DNA from: Candidatus Latescibacterota bacterium | GTDB lineage: Bacteria > Latescibacterota > UBA2968 > UBA8231 | Reading direction: 5' to 3' | NCBI GenBank assembly: GCA_965203175.1 | Contig: OZ241867.1 | Location: 4,864,001-4,928,000 of the forward strand | DNA length: 64,000 nt | Notes under the pieces: generated by a model | Told to the model about the DNA's origin: nothing | The model's database searches: none | The model's input: the letters and a program-made list of their open reading frames with translations, nothing else | Shown here: positions 57,537 through 64,000 of the stretch, piece by piece | Layout: each line of letters opens with the position of its first letter | How positions within the stretch are numbered: the first letter of the stretch is position 1 | Made by a program: the position numbers and the translations under genes

Positions 57537-59243
57537 ATGATCCGCGTCGAAAAACTCAGCCTTAGCTATCGCGGGGGGCCACCCGCGTTGCACTCCATCG
57601 ACCTCCAAATCAGCCCCGGAGAAAACATCGCCCTCATCGGCGCTAATGGTTCGGGCAAAACCACCCTCGCCCGCTGCTTAAACGGACTGCAACAACCCCA
57701 AGAGGGCCGAGTCCTCGTCGATGGTATGGACGCCAGCGATTCGGCCCAACTCCACTCCATCCGTCAGCTAGTTGGCATGGTCTGGCAAAACCCGGACGAT
57801 CAGCTAGTTGGCACCACGGTCGCCGACGAATTGGCGTTTGGCTTGGAAAACCTAGCCCTAGCCAGCGATGAAATTCACTGTCGCGTCGAAGAAACACTCG
57901 CCGCTTTCGACCTCGGAGCCTATCGCCGCTATCCGCCGCACAAGCTCTCCGGCGGCGAGAAACAACGCGTGGCCATTGCCGCCGTAGTGGCGATGCGACC
58001 GCGCTATCTCGTTTTGGACGAATCGACGGCCCTGCTCGACCCCGGCGAAAGACAGCAAGTGGCCGAGTTGCTCCAGCGGCTGCGCACCGCATACGGCATC
58101 GCGACGATACTCATCACCCAGTCTCCAGAAGAAGCCGCTCGCGCCGACCGCGTCATCGTCCTTCACGCGGGTCGGGTCCATGCAGACGGCCCCCCAGCTG
58201 TTCTCTTTGCCGACCCGCTCAAGCTTCGCGGCCTCGGCCTCGGCCTCCCTTTTGCAAGTGCCCTTGCCACTCACTTGTCACTGGCCGAGACCCACTTGGA
58301 GCTAGACACCCTGTCCGACGCGTTAGCTGTGCTAAAACCCCAGACGCCCCTATCGCCTTGGACTCCGCCTTCTCCGCCGTCGCCAACCCCGAGCAAACTA
58401 GCAGCCGAAGAACTGACGCACCTCTACGACGAGCATCTGCTCACCCAGCGTTGCGGCATTCGCGATATTAATATAGATGTCCCCACCGGCTCCATACTAG
58501 CCCTCGTGGGCACCAACGGCGCGGGCAAGACCACCCTCGCCCAGCACTTCAACGCCCTGCTCAAACCCTCTCGCGGTCGCGTGCTCCTCGACGGCTGCGA
58601 CATCGGCTCCCTACCCCCGGTTCGCTTGCGCCAGCGCGTTGGCTTGGCCTTTCAGTTTCCCGAACTCCAACTCTTCGCCGAAACCGTGGCCGAGGATGTG
58701 GCTTTTGGGCCGCGCAACCTCGGCTTTGCTGCCGGGCGCGTCGCTAGCCTCGTGGCTCGCGCACTCGCTATGGTGGACATGCCGTTGGAAGAATTCGGAT
58801 CGCGCCAGCCCCTCTCGTTGAGCGGGGGCGAAAGACGTCGCGTCGCACTCGCCGGCGTCCTCGCCATGGACCCAGAGGTCTTAGTGCTCGACGAACCGAC
58901 CGCCGGCCTCGATCCCCAAACTACAGTCAGCTTGTGCCAGCTCTTCTCCGAGCTAAGCAATCAAGGCCGCACCCTCGTGCCAATCAGCCACGATATGGAG
59001 CTAGTCGGCCGCCTAGCCACCCACGTAGTAGTTCTGCACCAAGGCCGCATCGAACTACAAGGGCCAGCCCGCGCCGTGCTCGCCCATCCCGAATTCGAGT
59101 CTATCAGTGGGCTTGTGCCCCCGATATCTATGCAGTTAGCCCTCCGCCTGAGACAACGAGGCCTAGCCCTAGCCGGAGACCCGTTGACTCTAGAAGAGAC
59201 TATCGACTGGCTCGCCCCACTCGTCGCCCTCTCCCATGTCTAA
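57537..59243 (+). CDS. Fused ECF-transporter ATPase (EcfA1-EcfA2)
   Basis: Two NBDs: GANGSGKT/QNPDDQL/LSGGEKQR and GTNGAGKT/FQFPELQLF/LSGGERRR. Confidence 0.88.
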   Translation: MIRVEKLSLSYRGGPPALHSIDLQISPGENIALIGANGSGKTTLARCLNGLQQPQEGRVLVDGMDASDSAQLHSIRQLVGMVWQNPDDQLVGTTVADELAFGLENLALASDEIHCRVEETLAAFDLGAYRRYPPHKLSGGEKQRVAIAAVVAMRPRYLVLDESTALLDPGERQQVAELLQRLRTAYGIATILITQSPEEAARADRVIVLHAGRVHADGPPAVLFADPLKLRGLGLGLPFASALATHLSLAETHLELDTLSDALAVLKPQTPLSPWTPPSPPSPTPSKLAAEELTHLYDEHLLTQRCGIRDINIDVPTGSILALVGTNGAGKTTLAQHFNALLKPSRGRVLLDGCDIGSLPPVRLRQRVGLAFQFPELQLFAETVAEDVAFGPRNLGFAAGRVASLVARALAMVDMPLEEFGSRQPLSLSGGERRRVALAGVLAMDPEVLVLDEPTAGLDPQTTVSLCQLFSELSNQGRTLVPISHDMELVGRLATHVVVLHQGRIELQGPARAVLAHPEFESISGLVPPISMQLALRLRQRGLALAGDPLTLEETIDWLAPLVALSHV

Positions 59244-60534
59244 ATTTTCTGCCGACTTGCTCGTCCGCCAAGGACGCCTCATCGACCCGGCCAATGGCAC
59301 CGATGTCATAGGAGATATCCTCATCCACCAAGGTAAAATAGTTCAGTCGGCCCCCAATCTCTCGGCACCTCCAGACGTGCCCGTTCTGACGGCCACCGGC
59401 TTGGTCGTCGCGCCGGGTTTTATCGACATTCACACTCACCTCCGCGAACCGGGCTACGAACACAAGGAAACGATTCAGAGCGGCACCGCAGCAGCGGCGG
59501 CCGGTGGCATCTGCGCGGTAGCCGCCATGCCCAATACCAACCCTCCCCCAGACAGCAGTGACCATTTGCAACTAGCGCTGGAGCGAGCGCAGACGGCCAG
59601 TGTGCGCTACTATCCAATCGCCTGCGTGACCGTGGGCCGTCAAGGACGCGGTGCACTCGCTCCCCTCGCGGAACTGGCTGAATTAGGCGCGGTGGCCTTT
59701 TCCGACGACGGAGACCCCGTCGAAGACGAGGCCTTGATGCGCCGCGCCCTCGAAATTGCCCGCGACCTCGACCGGCCCATCTTTCCGCACGAAGAGGTCA
59801 AGTCGCTTACAGCGGGCGGCTGTATGCACGCAGGAGAAGTAGCCGCGCGCCTCGGTGTCAAGGGGATGCCAGCCGCAGGTGAGGAGGAAATGGTCGCCCG
59901 CGATATAGAACTCGTCCGCCAGACCGGCGGCCCCTTGCACATCGCCCATATCAGCACGGCCGGCACCGCGCAATTGGTCCGGCGCGCCAAAGCCGATGGC
60001 CTGCCCGTGACCTGCGAAGTGCTACCCCATCACTTCGTACTTACCGACCGCGAGGTCGAGCGCCAAGGCACGGCCGCCAAGATGAGCCCGCCGCTGCGCG
60101 AAGCCGCCGATGTCGAAGCCATGCTCACAGGGCTAGCCGATGGCACCATAGAGGTCATTGCGACCGACCATGCGCCACATACGGCCGCGGAAAAATCCCA
60201 GCCCCTAACCCAAGCTCCCATGGGCATTGTCGGCCTAGAGACGGCCGTCGGTCTAACCTTGACCTATTTGATGGATCGCGTTTTGCCCCTACACGAGGTC
60301 ATCGCTTGCTGGACCTGCCACCCAGCGCGCATCTTGCGCCTACCCGGAGGCATGCTCACCCCAGGGATGCCTGGGGATCTAACCATCCTCGATCTAACGC
60401 GCGAATGGGAAGTAGTCCCCGAGCACTTCCACTCCAAATCGCGGAATACCCCCTTTGCCGGTTACCACCTAAAGGGCAAGGCCGTGGCCACCATAGTCGG
60501 TGGACAGATCGTCTATAGCGAATTGGCCGCTTAA
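59236..60534 (+). CDS. pyrC: Dihydroorotase (type I)
   Basis: DIHTHLREPG, MPNTNP, FSDDG, HIAHIST, ATDHAPH, SKSRNTPF. Confidence 0.93.
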   Translation: MSKFSADLLVRQGRLIDPANGTDVIGDILIHQGKIVQSAPNLSAPPDVPVLTATGLVVAPGFIDIHTHLREPGYEHKETIQSGTAAAAAGGICAVAAMPNTNPPPDSSDHLQLALERAQTASVRYYPIACVTVGRQGRGALAPLAELAELGAVAFSDDGDPVEDEALMRRALEIARDLDRPIFPHEEVKSLTAGGCMHAGEVAARLGVKGMPAAGEEEMVARDIELVRQTGGPLHIAHISTAGTAQLVRRAKADGLPVTCEVLPHHFVLTDREVERQGTAAKMSPPLREAADVEAMLTGLADGTIEVIATDHAPHTAAEKSQPLTQAPMGIVGLETAVGLTLTYLMDRVLPLHEVIACWTCHPARILRLPGGMLTPGMPGDLTILDLTREWEVVPEHFHSKSRNTPFAGYHLKGKAVATIVGGQIVYSELAA

Positions 60535-61851
60535 TCAGGGATCTTGAACGCGTCCGGCCAATGCTCAATCTCTGCGTCAGTCGCGCGCAGCCACACGGCG
60601 ATCACATCGAAGCGACAGATCGCATCGGCCGCGGCACCGTATTGGATATAGTGCTGGGCGGCCCGCGCTAGACGCTGCCGCTTGGCGCGATTTACCCTTT
60701 GTTCGGGGCGAGACGCGCGCTGGCTGGCCTTTACTTCGACAAAGACCAACTCGCCCCGCTCTTCAGCCACCAAGTCTATCTCTCCTCCAGCAGCGCGATA
60801 GCGGCGCGCCCGGATTCGGTAGCCCCGTTCTTCCAGATAGGCTGCGGCCGCCGCTTCGCCCTGCCGTCCGATGTTCCCTAACTTGTCGCGCTGCTCCCGA
60901 TAGGCCCCTCTCAGGGCCGCTAGTTCGTCAGCCGTTAACTCGTCGGCGGCCTCTTTGACTAACTGTCCCAACCTCTCTAGTTCGGCGAAGTTGGCGCAGT
61001 CGTATATGCCCTCTGCAAAAGAGAGGAAAAGCTCCGAGTGCGGCTCGGCGATTCGCGCAGCCACCGGGCCGAAACTGCGGCGGTGCAACGGGCAAGGGCC
61101 ATGGGCGTCGAGCGCGGCTAAGTGTGCGGCACTGCCGTAGCCCTTGTGCGCGGCAAACCCGTATTCGGGATAGCGGGCATCGCATTCGCACATCAGGCGG
61201 TCCCGGTGTACTTTGGCCACGATTGAGGCCGCGGCAATCGACAGCGAGCGGGCGTCTCCGTCAATGATGGCTTGTTCGGGATAGGGACTGCGCGCCGGTA
61301 GGTGCCCGTCGATCAGCACCCGGTCGGGCGGGGAGTGCAAATTCTCCAGCGCCAAGCGCATAGCCTTGAGCGAGGCCTGTAGGATGTTCAACTTGTCGAT
61401 CTCCGCGGCCTCGACCTGCCCTATTCCCACCGCTAGGGCCTTGTCCGCTATCTCCTCGTACAGGGCTTCGCGCTGGGTCCGCGACAGCTTTTTAGAATCG
61501 TCTATCTTGGCGATGACACAGTCTGGCGACAAGACGACGGCGGCGGCCACCACAGGCCCCGCCAAGCAGCCGCGCCCAGCCTCATCAACGCCGGCCACTC
61601 GGCGCACCCCTTGTTCCCAAAGGTGCCGTTCAAAGTGCAGGAGCCGCTCGCGCCGCTGGAGCTCCGCCTGCTCCCGCGCATCGCGCCGCCGCCGTTCGAC
61701 TACCAAACGCCGGACGCCAACGCGGCGATCTTTTTCGAGCAAGGCCCAGCCCGGATCGCCGCTTTCCCACTCCGCCACCTGTGCGCGTATCTGGGCAATC
61801 GTCATTCCGGCGAGTTCGGTTGCGGCATCCCGTTCGCAGGAACGATTCATG
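60531..61851 (-). CDS. rnhB: Ribonuclease HII fused to C-terminal YraN (UPF0102) nuclease domain
   Basis: GVDEAGRG, DSKKL, IDG, GDARSLSIAAASIVAK, HRRSF; then GRQGEAAA..YL...GY, GEIDLV, FVEVK, RFDV; start uncertain. Confidence 0.9.
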
Positions 61852-61927
61852 CTGGCAGGCGTCTCATCTATTGACATTAGGTATCGACCTAGTATATTTG
61901 CGAAAAGCTACCAAGAGGAGCCTTAAC

Positions 61928-62512
61928 ATGAAGCGCTACACGGCGTTAGTTGCTTGCTTGTGCCTCGTTTTGCAGCCCGTCATGGCCCTCGCCGAGACGG
62001 AATCGGCACCTATCACCGGGGCAGACACCCGACTCTATCTGGCCGATGGCAGCTTGGTGGAAGGCCATCTGATCGAAAAGGCCCAAGATCTGATCATCAT
62101 GCGCGTCAACGACAAGATCTTCACTTTCGACAAGACCGAAATCGACAAAATTATCACCCTCGAATCGCTGGGCGGGGGCGCCCACACGATCACGGTGACC
62201 GAGTTCCCCTACATCAGTTTTCTCGGGGGAGCCCTTGCCTTCGGTCTGCTCTCTTGGCTGCAATTCGACCGGGCTTCCGACAACGAAGCCGAAGCGAAGC
62301 TCAACCGCGAACACGGGCAGGACGCTCGCGCCCAAAAGCTCGACGACAAAGCCGACCGCGCCCGCCTCTACGGTTGGTCCACAGCCGCTCTCGCTGTCAG
62401 TAGCTTCGGAGTGGCCCTGATCCCGCGCAAAAGCACCCGCCGCATCTTTCCCGAACTCAGTTTCCGCGACGGCGAGCCGCGCGTCGGCGTGTCCTACGTC
62501 TATTCGTTCTGA
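61928..62512 (+). CDS. Hypothetical exported/membrane protein
   Basis: SD GAGGAG, signal peptide, Sm-like L.DGS.VEG, two hydrophobic helices, C-terminal YSF. Confidence 0.65.
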   Translation: MKRYTALVACLCLVLQPVMALAETESAPITGADTRLYLADGSLVEGHLIEKAQDLIIMRVNDKIFTFDKTEIDKIITLESLGGGAHTITVTEFPYISFLGGALAFGLLSWLQFDRASDNEAEAKLNREHGQDARAQKLDDKADRARLYGWSTAALAVSSFGVALIPRKSTRRIFPELSFRDGEPRVGVSYVYSF

Positions 62513-62964
62513 GCGCCTTCCGCACCCCGCAGGTGATGTACCAAAGCCTCTAGCCCGAGCACGTAGCTGAAACTGCCAAACCCGGCAATTTGCCCGAGAC
62601 AGACGGGCGCGATAACCGAGTGCTGGCGAAACGCTTCCCGGGCGTGGACATTGGACAGATGCACCTCGACGGCAGGCAATCCCTTGGCCGTCACGGCGTC
62701 GCGCAGGGCAAGGCTATAGTGGGTAAAGGCCCCCGGATTGAACAACAAGCCCTGCTCTTGGGATTGGTGCAGAGCGTCGATTAGCGCGCCCTCGCAATTG
62801 GATTGGTGGCTGCGCACCTGCACCCCGAGCCGCTGCGCGTGATCGGCGATCAACGCGTCGATTGCGGCCAAGGTCTCCCGACCATATACCTCGGGCTCGC
62901 GCGTTCCCAGCAGGTTGAGATTGGGTCCGTGTAGGACTAAGATGCTAGTCAAGTTGACCTCCAC
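62500..62964 (-). CDS. aroQ: Type II 3-dehydroquinate dehydratase
   Basis: [37 protein letters not shown]. Confidence 0.96.
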   Translation of the reverse strand: MEVNLTSILVLHGPNLNLLGTREPEVYGRETLAAIDALIADHAQRLGVQVRSHQSNCEGALIDALHQSQEQGLLFNPGAFTHYSLALRDAVTAKGLPAVEVHLSNVHAREAFRQHSVIAPVCLGQIAGFGSFSYVLGLEALVHHLRGAEGAQNE

Positions 62965-63826
62965 AGTTTCGCGCGACCACGCAGATCCACGCCTCTTTTG
63001 CCAAGATTGTATCGACCTCTAATTTAGCTTCTGTGACCCAGCGGCAAAAAACCGCTTCTTCCCGCGCCAGCAAACCCGAAAACGCGACTCGTCCACCCGC
63101 TGCCAATAAGCCGCGCAAAGGGATCAACAAGGGCCGTAACACGTGGCTTTGGATGTTGGCCAAGACCATGTCAAAGGGGCTTTCCACGACTGCCTCTATC
63201 CCTCCCAGCCGCACCTCGACCTGCTCAGATCCGATGCGGTTGTGCGCCAAGTTTTCCTGCGCATTGGCCACAGCCTTCTCGTCGATATCCACGGCGAGCA
63301 CCGACCCCGCCCCTAGCAATGCGGCGGCAATGCTGAGAATGCCGCTGCCCGTCCCCAGGTCTAGACAGCGAACTCCAGGACGCAAATAGCTTTCTAGAGC
63401 CTGCAAGCAGAGCTGAGTCGATTCGTGCGCACCCGTGCCAAAGGCCATTTTGGGATCTATGCACACGGCGATTTGGCCCTCGGCTATCTCGACCGGAATC
63501 CACGAAGGGTGAACGACGATCCGCTCAGTGGCCCACACCGGCGCAAAGAACCGCCGCCACTCGGCCTCCCAATCCCGTTCCTCTACACATTCGGTACCTA
63601 TCAGCGACGCCAAACCGAGCGCGGCGAGTCTATGCGCTAGCTCGCGCTGGACTTCAGCTAAATCGCACGTCGGCTCAGCCGCAAAGTACGCGCTCAACCG
63701 AGTTCGCTCTCCTGCTTCCTCGGCCTGAAGGCCGCAGCTACCTAGCTCGTATGCCCACGCGCTCACATCCTCTGCGCAAGCCGCAGGCACCTCTAGCCGC
63801 AAGCAGTGCCAAGCCCGCTTATTCAC
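62945..63826 (-). CDS. prmA: Ribosomal protein L11 methyltransferase
   Basis: [35 protein letters not shown]. Confidence 0.94.
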   Translation of the reverse strand: MNKRAWHCLRLEVPAACAEDVSAWAYELGSCGLQAEEAGERTRLSAYFAAEPTCDLAEVQRELAHRLAALGLASLIGTECVEERDWEAEWRRFFAPVWATERIVVHPSWIPVEIAEGQIAVCIDPKMAFGTGAHESTQLCLQALESYLRPGVRCLDLGTGSGILSIAAALLGAGSVLAVDIDEKAVANAQENLAHNRIGSEQVEVRLGGIEAVVESPFDMVLANIQSHVLRPLLIPLRGLLAAGGRVAFSGLLAREEAVFCRWVTEAKLEVDTILAKEAWICVVARNCGGQLD

Positions 63827-64000
63827 TAGCCTCTAAGCGCCGCAACTCGGCAACTAACCCATCGCCAATTGCGGCGAAAAGGGGATCGGGATCGGCCCGT
63901 CCTTCATCCCCGCTCTGGCGAATTGCAGCCGAGAGGGGCAGCGCCCCCAAGAAAGGCAACCCCAACCGCTCCGCAGCCTCGCGTCCTCCGCCACATCCGA
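63819..64000 (-). CDS. Mrp/ApbC (NBP35) Fe-S carrier ATPase, C-terminal fragment
   Basis: Manual translation GCGGGREAAERLGLPFLGALPLSAAIRQSGDEG...*, typical of the Mrp C-terminus; truncated by the window edge. Confidence 0.75.
   Translation of the reverse strand, partial: GCGGGREAAERLGLPFLGALPLSAAIRQSGDEGRADPDPLFAAIGDGLVAELRRLEASE

Overview
A high-GC (~60%) bacterial chromosome segment. It is probably from an FCB-related lineage such as Latescibacterota; this is an inference from the PNPFN/FlgD-type C-terminal sorting domain and the GHL10, PhyH and amidohydrolase content. From left to right: partial glnE, glnB, kptA and purE; a shortened dcw cluster (mraZ-rsmH-ftsL-ftsI-murE-murF-ftsW-murC-ftsQ-ftsA-ftsZ, without mraY, murD, murG, murB or ddl); trmB; an operon of a Cys-rich MerR regulator, iscA, iscS and a rhodanese-MoeB; a secreted NTR/TIMP-like protein coupled to a matrixin metalloprotease; cysK; yyaL; an orphan N6-methyltransferase-TRD fusion; a tail-less SSB behind a sigma54-type promoter; a thiolase; and tRNA-Ala(TGC). 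About 19 kb of accessory genes follow: GHL10, an ABC exporter pair, HigBA, an amidohydrolase, a solute-binding protein, an extended ECF sigma factor, hypotheticals, PhyH, SDR, AKR and an aldolase. The window ends with rplM-rpsI-rpsB-tsf-frr, dedA, ispDF, queA, GT2, a fused ECF ATPase with pyrC, an RNase HII-YraN fusion, aroQ, prmA and partial mrp. No CRISPR array, rRNA, integrase or transposase was seen. The best candidates for novelty are the MerR-controlled Fe-S/sulfur-relay operon, the TIMP-like/matrixin pair, the FtsA 2B deletion with a doubled FtsZ tail, and the RnhB-YraN fusion. All calls come from reading motifs by eye; no searches were run.
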